A stretch of 64,000 nt of DNA from Rhodosorus marinus CCMP1338 (lineage: Eukaryota; Plantae; Rhodophyta). Position numbers and translations under genes: made by a program. Below are positions 12,410-24,167 of this stretch, in pieces (positions within the stretch are counted from its first letter, which is position 1; each line of letters starts with the position of its first letter). Under the pieces are notes generated by a model. The model was given only the letters and a program-made list of their open reading frames with translations. It made no database searches and was not told the origin of the DNA. The stretch is taken from positions 496,001-560,000 of the forward strand of contig JAMWBK010000004.1 of NCBI GenBank assembly GCA_029953675.1, in the 5' to 3' direction.

Positions 12410-13079
12410 TTACGAGTATCCCAGCTTGCAAACTCTCTTGCTTTATTTGTCAAGGAAATACGTGTTCCCACCAATATTTTTGGAAGGGGGGTCCCACAGT
12501 CCAAGACATCGTGCGTTTGCTTTGTCACGGCGCTAGTCTTCGACACGCGGGGTTCCAGTAGTCCTTTTGGGGGGTTTACTCCTGAATCCTCAGCTCAGCT
12601 AGCTTGCTCATTCCCGCTTGTTTATGTTCTCTCATTTCTTCATCTTCTGGTCCTAGTGATCCATATTTTCCAACCTGTATTGGTTCTTATAGAACTTTGC
12701 TGCATCTATGGCAATGCGTGGTCCTCTGACAGGTCCCACCTAAAGAGAGAGTTCTCCTGAAATCGTATGGTGGTCCAGCACTGTGGACTCAGATCGTTTT
12801 GTAAACGCGTACTACGCCGGTTTTTCACCAGATCCAAACGAACCCGCCTCTCTGAAATTTCCTTCCTGGAATGGTTGAAAGAAATAATCTCACAGCCTCT
12901 GACGTCAAAGATTCGATCGGGTTAAGCCGACCCGCTGTTGACCATTAGCAGAGTTTGCTGTACTTTCACTGAAGCGTTGTAGTTATAGGAACTATATTAT
13001 ACAGTGGGGCATAAAAAGTGAGAGACGACAGCATAGCATGGGCATCCCGACGTTAGGTCTGAAGGTCCGACAACTCTAG

Positions 13080-13222
13080 CTTGACGGGGAGCTCGAAGAG
13101 GAGGTCTATATGGAGCAGCCAGAGGGATCAGCCGATCCTGGTTCATGATTTTATAAAATATTCAAGCTAATGAAAGGAACATAGACGTTCTGAAGCAGGC
13201 AGGGGACAACCTGGTACAAGCT
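13080..13222 (+). mobile_element. Ty1/copia reverse transcriptase relic
   Basis: 13080..13127 translates LDGELEEEVYMEQPEG, followed by frameshifted KL..., IDVLKQAG and TWYK, matching the copia LNG.LEEEVYM.QPEG...KL.K.LYGLKQA.R.WY signature. Confidence 0.75.
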
Positions 13223-15955
13223 CATGTTAACAACCCCCCTTTCCCATAAACAGGCATGCTGTTGAGCACAGATGGGAGGTCTCCTCACATTCTCTAGTTG
13301 TCTTAGCGTACTCAGCGCCACAGTATGTGGTAGCCACGATTCCTTCGCTTGTAAGAAGCCTAACTCCTCGTAGTCCTCTACTCCCCTACGTACGGACCGT
13401 CGGGTGCTTACCTCACTGTAAGCTCTCCCTCATAAAAAGGGCTTCTGCCGTATTTTCCTCAATGCCACACAACGTTCAGGGTATCTATTCCGACTCCCCA
13501 TAGTTGTCTTCCAAACAATCTAACTCTCCTTCCCAAGTCTCTCTCTGTTCTATATCTTCCTAATGAGTGCTCATCCAACGCTCATCCATTCGCCCTCTCA
13601 ACGCCTTTTACCCCTTTTTTTTTTGGTAAGTAAGAAAACCTCCTCTTGTAATACAATAAAAAATTCCATACTTGCAACACGTCCAAAAACCGTGTTTTGT
13701 TTATAAAACTTATAGTATGTGTATGCAAATGTTTTGTAGTGTCAAACATTTGTTGGAACCCCAAACTTGTGTTTCTTGTCTCACACTCCCACGGGTGACA
13801 ACAAATTAGTCAATTTTAAGCACATTCAATTCGATCGGGAGGAGGTTTTTAATTAAATATTCAATGAAGAGGCATAAAAGTGTTTCTATTTTTGGAGATT
13901 AAAAAAATCCAGTATCCCAACAACCCCTCCAAAATCTGGTACCTGAAATCCATCCGTCTGCCAACGGAACCTACTAGGAGCGTAGGAACTTTTGAGAGCG
14001 TTTGAAAGTAATCTAACCCCTTACAAACGACCCACAAGACGAGAATTTGTTCTAAAGTATTTACAAGATGAGCTTTGAGGAATTATTCATACTGTGGAGA
14101 GGGGTGAGTCTCTTGTTCGTAAACGGGCCGCGGACCGCATCTATTCAGAAAGCTACTGTTACATTACATAGATTTATATAGTTATATTCAACATTAATAA
14201 TTGAGAGAAAAATCGTCTATGGGTGTCACTCGTTGGTGTCTACCGTTTTTTTTTGGTGGCACATTGAAATCTCCTTTTGCAATACAATTTTTTATCGAAA
14301 AATGCGTTGCCCTAATTGTTTTTTTTTTCTAGGTTCACTTTTTCCGATGTTGTTTTAGCGAAAAACATTTACACGATGGTCGCACCTCCCAAAGCAGCGC
14401 GTTTCCTGTCAAGCCAGCTTGGATGGGAGATGTCCGTTCTTTTTTGTGTTTTTTTTTAAATATTGAGTGTTTTCGACAGATGACGTGCTTCCATTTTGGT
14501 GAAAAATCAAAACCTGATAAGTTTTCGGACCGTACGCACCCCAACAGAAAAATACCGAACATGTTAAAATATGTTTTAAATTCTACAGAATAATTTCTCG
14601 TACGTGTTCATAGGGGGGGTAAGTGGGGGATGATACACCAGTTTTGGGGCCATTGCCTGCTTCCCACTGGCAAACGTACGTTGACTGTCCGCACCGGGTC
14701 TTTTTCGGTTGAACAAATACTTCTATGTTTATTTTAAATTTTATTGCCTTTTTAACTTTTGTGAGAAAAGATTAGCTAAAACGATCAGAGAGGGCGGTGA
14801 GCGTGAAGTATGCACTACTACTCGCATCTAGTAGTTTAGCGGTTGGAATGCATCTTGAGTTCTCCAGACATTGGGCAGAGAACACGCGGCTCGGTTCGGC
14901 TATTGCCGTTGAGCCGAAGGAGCAGTCTAGGTCTGCTGCGTTCCTCTCTTCTGCTGTTTTCTTGTTGTTCTCCCGTTTCCACGCTCTTCATTGGGGCGCA
15001 ATCCCAATATCAATTTGATCAAAGGTGGAAGAATCTGGTGGTGATAAGCCGTGTCGCCGCTGGATTCTGGAGTGGCAACAGCTAACGGCTTTTCTGAAAT
15101 GTGTTTCCCTCGTTCCGTTTTTGGATAGATTTCAGCTACGTTACACTCTCCCTCCCCCCGAAAGTCTTGGGTTGGCGGGATGCGGGAATTGTAGACCGTA
15201 CCCCCGTAGCCTTATTCGGCAGAGATTTAGCGCAGCGCACCACTAACACACTATGTGCGCTCTAAACAGACCCAATCCCCCTGTCCATAGGTCAAGGGGA
15301 ACCCAACTTGGTTAAAATTCGTCTATGCACTGGAAACCCGCCTATACAGGCAAATGGCCGTTAGAGCTTTCGCTTTAAGCGAGGTGAAAACACGCGCGAG
15401 GTCACTAGATAAGGTGGAGAAAGTCATAGGTTTTTATGTTCGGTGACGACCAGGGGCTGTGGTGCTGCGCACTCCCGATGGGACTCACCCCTAAATCCCA
15501 ATAAGTCGTTCATCTTCTGAGAGTGAAAGATTAATATCAAAAGTGGATGCAGGGCAAGGTTCGTCCCAGAACCTGTAGGGCAAAAACAAAACGCGAAGTA
15601 TGGGCTCGAGACCCTGGTGGCCGTCCTCTAACCGATTTCGTAAACTGGGGACCTCCTTTTTCATCACCCGAAAACCTCTATCTCTTCAACAGCTGAGTCC
15701 ATGGCTCCAAAACAAACTTGGAAGACATTCGCTGAGCGGGTGGAACGTCTGAACAGAGCCTCCGGGCGAGAGTGTACTCTACGGTTTCCTGCTTTCTTAA
15801 GTATTTTTTTTGTCGGGAGGGTTAGTGGACGAGATAGTTAGTAGTGTATCTGCTTAGTGTTCAAATTTTTTTTACCAGAGTGGCATCCGTCTTGTAGCCT
15901 ACATCGCTTTGTGGTCGATTTGTCGACGACGGTTAAAGATTGGGGGGGGATGCGA

Positions 15956-15966
15956 GGGTATATAAA
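15956..15966 (+). promoter_or_regulatory. Candidate TATA box GGGTATATAAA
   Basis: 136 bp upstream of the ATG at 16092. The same motif sits at a similar spacing before other genes in the window. Confidence 0.5.
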
Positions 15967-16091
15967 CGAGACGAGAGGGCTGTGGGTTTTCGTGTGGCGG
16001 GGGGAGGGAGAAAAAGTTGTAACCACGGGGGAGACCTGAGAGGCACAAGAGAGCTTGGAGAGGACTTGTGTTGGTCGAGAAAGAAGCAAAA

Positions 16092-16709
16092 ATGAAGACG
16101 GTGAAGCTGATTACGCTGCTTGTCGCCGTCATAACGATGACCGCGTACGTGGAGGCGGAGAACTACCAGCCGGCCTCCTATTGGATGACCGGCTTCACCG
16201 TTGTTTCTTGGCGTATGTACTTATTTGATGAGCCCGTACCCAACAACTGCATGCCACTCATAGGGAAGGCGAACGCGTGGGGTGCTGAAAATCCATGGGT
16301 CAAAGTCGCCGACGTGTGCATATCTATCGTGACATACCAAGGCGAACTCTCGACTCTTTTCCATTACACGGCTCGGCCAGGATACACAATCGCAGCGGCT
16401 TACTCGGGCGTACATAGAAACTGCTTACAGAAGAAAAAATTCCCCTACCAAACGGTAGCAAAGTTTGGAGAGCTTGGGGAACAGGTTGTGACCCAGATTG
16501 TTCCCTTCAGCGAATATGATTGCCCGGCGGAATATGAAGAGGGTTGCTGCAACAGGAGGAACTGTCTCAGCCCCAAGGTCCGAGCCCACAAGGTTCTCGC
16601 TCCGGAATATACTTTTACTGGGTTCCCGCCAAACGGAAAGTATGGATGCCGAACCGTACGTGGCCTCAGGCGCTGCCTTGCAGACCTACAATGCTTTAAT
16701 CCAGAATAA
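16092..16709 (+). CDS. Secreted Cys-rich domain protein (205 aa)
   Basis: Signal peptide MKTVKLITLLVAVITMTAYVEA. Clear paralog of 26653..27264 (HRNC, FPY, EYDCPAEY..GCCNRRNC, GCRT.RGLRRCLA). Confidence 0.85.
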   Translation: MKTVKLITLLVAVITMTAYVEAENYQPASYWMTGFTVVSWRMYLFDEPVPNNCMPLIGKANAWGAENPWVKVADVCISIVTYQGELSTLFHYTARPGYTIAAAYSGVHRNCLQKKKFPYQTVAKFGELGEQVVTQIVPFSEYDCPAEYEEGCCNRRNCLSPKVRAHKVLAPEYTFTGFPPNGKYGCRTVRGLRRCLADLQCFNPE

Positions 16710-17536
16710 AAGCAATCCAATATTCAACATCGAGGCCGAAATACTCGTTGCTGTACTCGCCAACAATTTTGGAAAGGGAGTTCCACTGTCCAAGACATCG
16801 TGCGCTTAGAGTTCCCTTAATCGAGCCTTGCGAGCACCCCGTCCCCGTTGTTTACAAATGGATCTCATGGGCGCTCGGCTCGAAAGTCATATTGCCGAGG
16901 GTCAGGGAGAATTTCCCCGAGCTGGGCGACAAAATTTCTCACAGAATCCTTACAGAAAGCCAAGAGAACCTGACGCTTAGGGTATTTGCCATTTCATGAT
17001 GGTAAGACCTGCGAACCCTTTGTCGATCGGAATGCTTATGGTAGGGACTACCTCTTCATCAATATCGCATGTTCCCTCGCTGTAAGCGGTTCCTCTACAT
17101 CGCAAACAGGGTGCCTTGCTTTTTTAAAGTCTGTAATATTTTGAGCCTCTAGTTCGACTCTGAGAATTGTGTTCCAACAGACTAACACTCTCAGGGTTGT
17201 TCGCTCTTTGTCTTCCAAGACATACATAGTCTTCGGGATAACTGCTAACCACCACCACCGCTCAACACAACTCAAGTCATCCCGTTGAGCTCCGAAGCAA
17301 GTTTTACGCTCACCATGCGTCGTGTCCTACGCGCCGACACTTTCTACATGCAGGCTCGCTATTGTTCACCTGCAGCTGGAGTAAAACCTCCCTCTAGTCT
17401 GGCCGCTCTCACTGCCCTCCTCCTCATATATCTGAACTAGATACGCGGATTTAGGGAAACGTTCATTCAGATGCAAGCGTTTAAAAAACCCTAATCCTAC
17501 GCTGTTCGGAATAGAGGAGAGGATCTACATACACCT

Positions 17537-17743
17537 GGACTTCCGTTGGTTCTCGTTGGCTTCGGGAGTTGTTCCGCGACCGCCCTGACCGTCTCTCCTC
17601 GTTTTTTACTCGTTTAAGTTTCTTGCTGTGGCGTATGAACGCTGCTTCGATGTTGGAGGCGCGCGATCTTCGTCCCGCCATAGAACTTTTTTCCCCTCGG
17701 GATTTTTTTCTTTCAGTCTCCGATTACACAAATTCATTCATTT
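17537..17743 (+). mobile_element. 3' fragment of RLE non-LTR family C (copy 1)
   Basis: Homologous to the copies at 21.5, 23.5, 24.2, 41 and 51 kb. Encodes the RLE C-terminus (SRWLRELFR...LSFLLWRMNAA.MLEAR) and ends caaattcattcatt. Confidence 0.8.
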
Positions 17744-17994
17744 AATCCCACCCAGGCCTGATCCCAAATACTCTGGTAGCTGACAAACTACGAATCACCA
17801 CTGGCGACTACAATGGCTCCGTGTTAGTAACCCTGTCCGTAACCAAGTCCGACTCCCACAGAACCCACCGTCTTAGGTTCAGTCAATATAAGGACCTTGA
17901 TTGGTTACTGGCTTTTTTGATTGACCTGTATGTCCCAGACCTGGACTGTTACCAGACCCTTCTGAACACGGAAGGCATTCACTGTGTGGTGGTC

Positions 17995-18515
17995 TTACTA
18001 GCATAGCCTGAAGTGCTGGGCAGGATGTGAAAGGGAACTGGGAATTAGGGAGGAGAAAAGCCCTAGTTCCCAGTTCCCTTTCACATCCCGACCCAGGTGG
18101 CGATGGTGCGCCTCGGCCAGCAGGCGGCTAGAATATAGCCGCAGAGCGACACTTAAACGGCGTAGGAATCCCAGATACTCAACCGGATGGTTGGACCTTC
18201 GGGGGAGCCTGCGATAGGAGCAGATCAGTCATAATATGCTAAGATTTTCCCCGCAAGTATCGATTCGGTAGGTTTTTGTTAAGTAGTAAGATCCGCGTAT
18301 ATCGGCGGGTCCCGGCGCTTACACAGCCGGGCGGCTGGCGAGCAATTGGGCTCCAAAATACGCGGCGTCTTCCTATCTGAGAGCATGAAGGGCAGGGCGA
18401 GCCCAGCTCTGCAGGCCAGGGCGGCTGATACAATCCCAGGTACAAGCGCTGAGAATGCGCACTTCAAAATCCGTGAGCGTGAGGAGCGGAAAATTTGGAA
18501 CGGCGGTGAGCCATA
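17995..18515 (-). mobile_element. Degenerate CRE-like relic: family-A-type 3' end plus linker segment
   Basis: ttactagcatagcctgaagtgc and cccaggtggcgatggtgcgcctcgg match the A1 3' end. 18270..18515 encodes WLTAVPNFPLLTLTDFEVRI and is shared with 23990..24120. Confidence 0.75.
18023..18088. repeat. 28-bp inverted repeat (hairpin) with a 10-nt loop
   Basis: ggatgtgaaagggaactgggaattaggg (18023-18050) against ccctagttcccagttccctttcacatcc (18061-18088), with one G-U-compatible mismatch. Confidence 0.95.
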
Positions 18516-19050
18516 ACCTTCAGTAGTTCGGTTCTCAGTCTCCCCTCCAGTCTGGGGTTTCTCTGTTCAGCCTCACCTCCAAATATACATATTCACTCGC
18601 CTAAATTTTCCTTTTCAAATACTACTCACCACTATGACATGTCTTCGGGTCTCAGAGCCACTTATATGCCGCGCCATATTCTCAACCCCCAAAAGAAATA
18701 TACTGGAGAACCTAGAATATGTACTAAAAATAGATAAAAGGGTTTCCGTAATTCTCCATTGGGAGGATAGGGGGGGAAAGAGAGAAGAAATACATGTGAA
18801 TGCCTATTGGGCTGGTGTCCCATAGGCGGGTAATCGGAGATTCAGTAACCGGCATTACCGGTGAATACGAAAAGAACCCCAAAAATTTCGGGCTTTTTTT
18901 CTCCGGTAGTTACTGGTCAACCGTAATATCGGTAATTCGCGAGAGCAATGGTGTTTTTCAATATAGGCTCTCCCGAGAACCCCCCCGAAAACCACAAAAA
19001 AAGAGGCGGCATCGTCCGGAAATTTATATACTATAAACACTGGGAATTAA

Positions 19051-19378
19051 TATTGAATCTTTTCGTCTAAGTAACCCCCTCCCGAAGAGTTGCTTGATAA
19101 GTCTAAAGAATTTTCCCCCCCTGCCCTCCCTTTACTAAGCCCTATCATATTCTACTCCTTCATAGCCTATTTATACCCTCAGACTAGGCCTCTACATTTC
19201 TCTCATCTAGACACAGTGCTATTTTTGGTAGCCATATATTCTATTTTTGGTGTGGCAGTTGGCTACAGTTACCCCTTGCTCTCGCCTAGCCTGACCTCTC
19301 CCTGGCTTTCTCCGTTATCCCCGTTGTCAGCCAGGCCCTGATGGTGTCGTTCTGTCCCGCTACAACCGTGCGCCAACA
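19051..19378 (-). repeat. 3' LTR of the gypsy element
   Basis: Direct repeat of 20966..21279, tattgaatcttttcg...gccaaca, with a few substitutions and indels. Confidence 0.92.
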
Positions 19379-20132
19379 TACCCCCGCCAACTCTGACTCA
19401 CGGGTCCTCCCGAATCTGAGTTTTGTCTGGTGCTATTCGCCGCGCAGGTCGCCCAGCTCATCCTTTGCGGGATGGTACCAATAACTCCGCACTTTCTTGT
19501 CGACCTGCGCTGGTTTCATACGATCACGATGAACCAAGGTCTTGAGCGGCGTCCCATCCTGCTCAGTTAGCCGGTACGTGTCGAATAATCGGCCCTCCAA
19601 GACTCGGAAGGGTCCGATATGGCGGTACGTACCTTTCGTTTTCACCTCGTTCCTGAGCAAGACGAGCTCTCCCGGTTTCAGTGGGTCCGCCTTCACCTTC
19701 CAGTCATATTAACGTGCCATTTGTTATTTTGCGGTTTCTGTCCTCAGCGTGACAGCTTCGCGTTCTCGACCTAGTTGCTCTAGTTGTTTGACTCGCGTCT
19801 GAACAGAAACATCGACGAAGAGCTCATCGAACTCTCTCCGTAGCTCCTTCTCGGCTGCGCTCACTTCCTTCGTCGTTCGCGGAGTATCCATTGCGCGGAT
19901 TTGGAGAACACCGATGCTCTCGCCACCGCCGACTGCTACTTCCTTTCGTCCGACCAGGAGCACCTCCGTGATTTTACTCGGCGTAGGCTGAAGTTTGAGG
20001 CACCGTAGTGATTCGTCCTGCCCTAGATCGTTGACCGCCGTCAGCAACCCGTCACCTGGGTGGATTATTACGCGGTTGCGCTTTAACCAGGGTAATCCCA
20101 GGATGACTTCGGGCACTCCCCGTTCCGCGACT

Positions 20133-20479
20133 CGGAAAGTCTCCTGACTGCGCCACTTGGGTGTACACTCCACCGTAATCCTTCTGACTATACCTACGCG
20201 GAATGCCTGTCCGAACGCTGCGCCCAGCGATTCGGTCTCCTTAGGCACCGTAATTTACATCTTCGCGGCTGCCGCGGTCGTCATGAGGTTCACCTGCGCT
20301 CCGCAGTCCACGATCGCATTGAACTTGACGCCGCCTACTTCTGCCGCGAAGATGCAAATTACGGTGCCTAAGGAGACCGAATCGCTGGGTGCAGCGTTCT
20401 GACAGGCATTCCGCGTAGGTATAGTCATAAGGATTACGGTGGAGTGTACACCCAAGTGGCGCAGTCCGGAGACGTTCCG
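20133..20479. repeat. 139-bp inverted repeat with a 69-bp spacer inside the gypsy element
   Basis: 20133..20271 is the reverse complement of 20341..20479, with 7 mismatches counted by eye. Confidence 0.92.
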
Positions 20480-20914
20480 GCGGGGGGGATGTTGGCGTAT
20501 CCTTGTCAGTTTCACCGCCAGTTCTACATGCTGGTTGTGGCTCGCGAATCGCGTTCGCAGGGCAACTTGCAACGCTGCCCACGTTACCCGTTGTGTCACG
20601 GGAAGGGTGCGGTACCATTCGGTAACGGTTTTTGCAAGCCCTCGAACCGCGATGAAAAAAAAAAGCAAGTCACTGTCCTCCTCGAGGATATAAACGGCCT
20701 TCAGGTGCTCGAGCTCGCTTATGAATGTCTCGACGTCTGAAGTACCGTCGAAAGTCGGGGACTCAGATTTCTTTGGTAGTCGTCCCGATCGAGCTCCTTG
20801 CTGTTGTTGTAGCTGTTGCTGTTCCTGCACAAGCTGCTCCGTCATCCGCTGTTGTTGCTCTAGTAGTTGAGTAACCGCGGGCATCCACGCACCTGGAGGA
20901 GGATCGGGTTCCAT
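20480..20914 (-). pseudogene. Retrotransposon gag, truncated
   Basis: PTFDGTSDVETFISELE...AKTVTEWY...VTWAALQVALRTRF, typical of the retrotransposon gag domain. It is interrupted by the inverted duplication. Confidence 0.8.
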
Positions 20915-20965
20915 TTTTCTTCAATCACCAAGTTCCAGCGGCTTCAGCCCCGGAAATCCACCAAT

Positions 20966-21279
20966 TATTGAATCTTTTCGTCTAAGTAACCCCCTCACGA
21001 AGAGTTGCTTGATAAGTCTAAAGAATTTTTCCCCCTGCCCTCTCTTTGCTAAGCCCTATCATATTCTACTCCGTCCTAGCCTATTTATACCCTCAGACTA
21101 GGTCTCTACATTTCTCTCATCTAGACACAGTGCTATTTTTGGTAGCCGTCAATGTTCTATTTTTGGTATGGCAGTTGGCTACAGTTACCCCTTGCTCTCG
21201 CCTAGACGGAAGTCTCCCTGGTTTTCTCCGTTATCTGCCAGGCTCTGATGGTGTCGTTCTTTCCGTGCGCCAGCCAACA
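20966..21279 (-). repeat. 5' LTR of the gypsy element
   Basis: Direct repeat of 19051..19378, followed on the minus strand by the PBS-like sequence. Confidence 0.92.
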
Positions 21280-21444
21280 TTAATATCGCGAAATTACGGA
21301 AACCAAAAAAATCCAACTTTTTCCCATCAACCCCAAACGGTGTCGAAAGTTCACCTTCTGTCCCCTAAAATTTAGAAGTATTTTCGAGGGTCTGGCAGCC
21401 TATGTGCCCAGTTGGTTAGCGCCCTCGTCCGCCTTGGCAGCGAT

Positions 21445-21656
21445 CCACTCGCCTCATTGTGGTGGTTCTTGTTGGCTTCGGGAAGTGTTCTGCGAATGCG
21501 CTGACCTTCTATCTTCGTTGTTTGCCCGTTTAAGTTTCTTGCTGTGGCGTATGAACGCAGCTTTGATTTTGGAGGCGCGAGATGTTCGCCGCGCATAGGT
21601 TTTTAATTTTCCCCTGCGGTTTTTTTTTCAGTCTCCAAATAAACAAATTCATTCAT
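21445..21656 (+). mobile_element. 3' fragment of RLE family C (copy 2)
   Basis: gttggcttcggga...aagtttcttgctgtggcgtatgaacgc...cagtctcc...caaattcattcat. Confidence 0.8.
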
Positions 21657-21659
21657 AGA

Positions 21660-22110
21660 AGTGGATGATTGCGAACCCAATAGTTGAGCCGGGGACCCGC
21701 ACAAAATCGGGAAATCAAGCACGCCGATTGCAGCATACTGTCAGAAAGGCGCTCAATTGCATCTCTCAGCTTCCTGTGCCGCGCGAAACTCGCTCGCAGG
21801 TGCTTGTGCGAAGCTATCACGGCCCCAGTCCAATGCATTGTGCGCCAGCCCTCAGGTTGGCATAAGGGCCTGAGAGCAGCGGGCAGCCGGCTGGGGTCTC
21901 ACTCCGTGGGACAGAACAACACTTCTCTGGCTCTACGATCAACTCCACCCGGCGTGCAATGGCTTGGATCTTTGTCAGCCCGCGATCAAGTTTCACGGGT
22001 GTGACAATCACCGTGACCTCGTCGTGTTGGCACAGATACGGAGACCCGCCATCTAAGCCGCGAGTCTCAACAGAACGAGCTTCAAGGCACAGGCGTGAAG
22101 CACAGGGCAT
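21660..22110 (-). mobile_element. Internal RT fragment of family A (degenerate)
   Basis: QHDEVTVIVTP...IARRVELIVEPEKC and DSMLQSACLISRFCAGPRLNYWVR match the A1 RT (YHDDVTLLGTP..., DSMLQSACLLSRFCAGPRLNYWLR). Confidence 0.88.
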
Positions 22111-22220
22111 GGAGGAATCGTCCTAGGTCATCTGGGCTCGTCTTATTCTATTTCTTGTCTAGAATAGTCTTCCCTTTCCTCCTCCCCAACTGCTTATCGG
22201 TCGAAAACCCCGTTGATAAA

Positions 22221-22400
22221 AGATTCTCTTATTCATAATCACCATCATATTGGTTTACAGACAAGACGACTTTTGTCTAACCCCTTGTCGCAGCTGGAGT
22301 TCGTGTTGACAACGACTTAAACTCGCCTGAAAACGGCACAGGTTCCCACGTTGGAGACATGTATTCTTACGTTCCAATCTTGAACATACTGATGGAACTG
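22221..22400. repeat. Diverged direct duplicate of 25412..25595
   Basis: Shared aagattctcttattcat, tacagacaag, gtcgcag(c/t)tggagt and cccacgtt. Both begin with a KILLFII signal-peptide-like reading but have no intact ORF. Confidence 0.7.
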
Positions 22401-23229
22401 GAAGTTCTTACAGAGATGTGGAGATCCGTAGAGGCGTATGAGCCGTTGTCCTAGGTAATCGAATCTTCAGTTCTCCCAGCAGATGTTGTATTCATCTCAA
22501 GGACTTGACTCCATTCGAATAGCTTACAAAATCCGCGTCTGAAGAAGATGTGGCCATCGATCGCTGTTTTCTACTGAAATAAACCACCAGAGCTCCAAAA
22601 AAGTAATATCGCGACCCCGGCTACCGTTGTTCTCCCAACGGACACGCCCCACGAAGAATCTGTGAAGAGCTCAAGTCTTTTTTTGGGAGTCCACCCCGCC
22701 ATCCATGTGGAGTCTGAACTGGGTTGTACCTCGTAAGTATCGCCAATGCCCCTCTTGGCCTTCTGCCAATCTTCCGATCCGTAATCGTTATTTGCTTTCG
22801 AGCCCAAAAAAGGGACGTTGGGAGCTCGGGCGGATGACTTGAGTTTTGTTGAGTAGGGGTGTGTGGTGGTGGTGGGTGGAGCAGCAGTCATCCGAAAGAC
22901 CATATTTTGCAAGATAAAGACGAAGTCTGAGGGCTCTTAGGATATTGGAAGGACTAATCTTGTGAAGTTCGGACATCGTGGACGTTTTAGATGGCGTTGA
23001 AGGTACGGATTTCTTAGTTGTTTTGAGGAGGGGAATTTTGGGAGGTAGCCTGCTGGAGACGGGAATGGGATAGTCCTAGGTGTATTCCAGGATTGCTAAG
23101 GAGTGAGCGCTTTTGGGAGGCGAAGGAGGACTGTCGATGCTCAGGTGCTGTGGTGGGGGGGGTGGGTTTTTTTTAAGGGTGAAGAAGTTATTCCCAGTCT
23201 ATGTACCCTGAGAGAGAGCGTAAAATCTC

Positions 23230-23410
23230 TCGCCAACGACGCGTCCAACAAAAAGGGTAGCATCCAAACGCGCCAGAGGGTCAGAGACAAGCTCCGTGAG
23301 CTGCCTGCCAAGACGGCGTGGCGGACATTGGGAAAAATAGCAACACGACCAGCAGGCGAGAACCAACACTGTCTAAAAACAACAAAAATCGAGGATCAGT
23401 GGTAGTCCCA
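23230..23410 (-). mobile_element. 3' fragment of RLE family D
   Basis: The reverse complement matches 51490..51650 (taccactgatc, gctcacg.agc.tgtctctgac.ctctgg, ttgttggac). Confidence 0.7.
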
Positions 23411-23493
23411 TAGTAGAACGTGGTCAAACCACCCACTAGGAGTTCACCAGCAACGCATTGATAGTCTTCTTCTTCAATCTTTAGAGGCTATAT

Positions 23494-24120
23494 TGAATGA
23501 ATTTGTTCAATCGGAGACTGAAAGAAAATACCCGGGAGCGGAGAAAAGGCTATGCGCGCCGAAGATGTCGCGCCTCCCACGTCAAAACAGCGTTCATACG
23601 CGAAGGCAAGAAACTTACCGGGTAAACAACGAGGAGAGACGGCAGGGCGTTCGCGGAACAACTCCCGAAGCCAACGGGAACCGTCAGAATCCATACGCCC
23701 AAAGCACTCAATGACCAGAGGTACCGGGCGATGAGATGGAGCCGAAGCACGAATACCTCGGGAAGACAAGGCCCATGCATATTTTCAACTCTTCGCGACG
23801 TGACGGCTCATGTTGGCAGCGGCAATTCTACGGCGCTCTCTATCGTCACAGATGACCAGAAGGTTAGCCGCTCTGCGTGCTTCATTTTTTTTTTTTCGTA
23901 GTCCGCGACGGACGGGGGCGTCTCACATCCAATTAATAGACTGAAATGCCGTACTATAGGCAGAAGTTTGAAGTACAAATGGTTGAAGATCCGCTTATAT
24001 CGGCGGGTTCGGGCGCGTCTTTCCAGCCGGGCAGCTGGCGAGCAAAATCCGCGTAGAGCGCACTACAAATTCCGCGAGCGTGAGGAGCGGAAAATTTGGA
24101 ACTGTGGTGAGAGCCATTGA
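23494..24120 (-). mobile_element. Internally deleted RLE family C element (copy 3)
   Basis: In 5'-to-3' order: TTVPNFPLLTLAEF, PP.YADL-like segment, ANLLV, and PLVIECFGRMDSDGSRWLRELFRERP, then the ATTC tail. Confidence 0.8.
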
Positions 24121-24167
24121 GAGCTAAGGCTGCCGCCCAGACTTAGTCCCCGCATGCAGTATGAGAC

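Larger units (their letters stand above)
19051..21279 (-). mobile_element. Internally deleted, non-autonomous Ty3/gypsy LTR retrotransposon
   Basis: Two ~320-bp LTRs, TTAA duplicated on both flanks, PBS-like TGGTGGATTTCCGG after the 5' LTR and PPT-like GGCGGGGG before the 3' LTR. It keeps gag, the protease (AIVDCGAQ...VILGLPWL) and the integrase C-terminus (IGPFRVL). No RT, RNase H or integrase core. Confidence 0.9.

Noticed and set aside
12700-12960. Copia integrase relic upstream of the RT motif
   Set aside because: Suggestive only (EWLK...KIRS); no intact DDE-region motif could be read.
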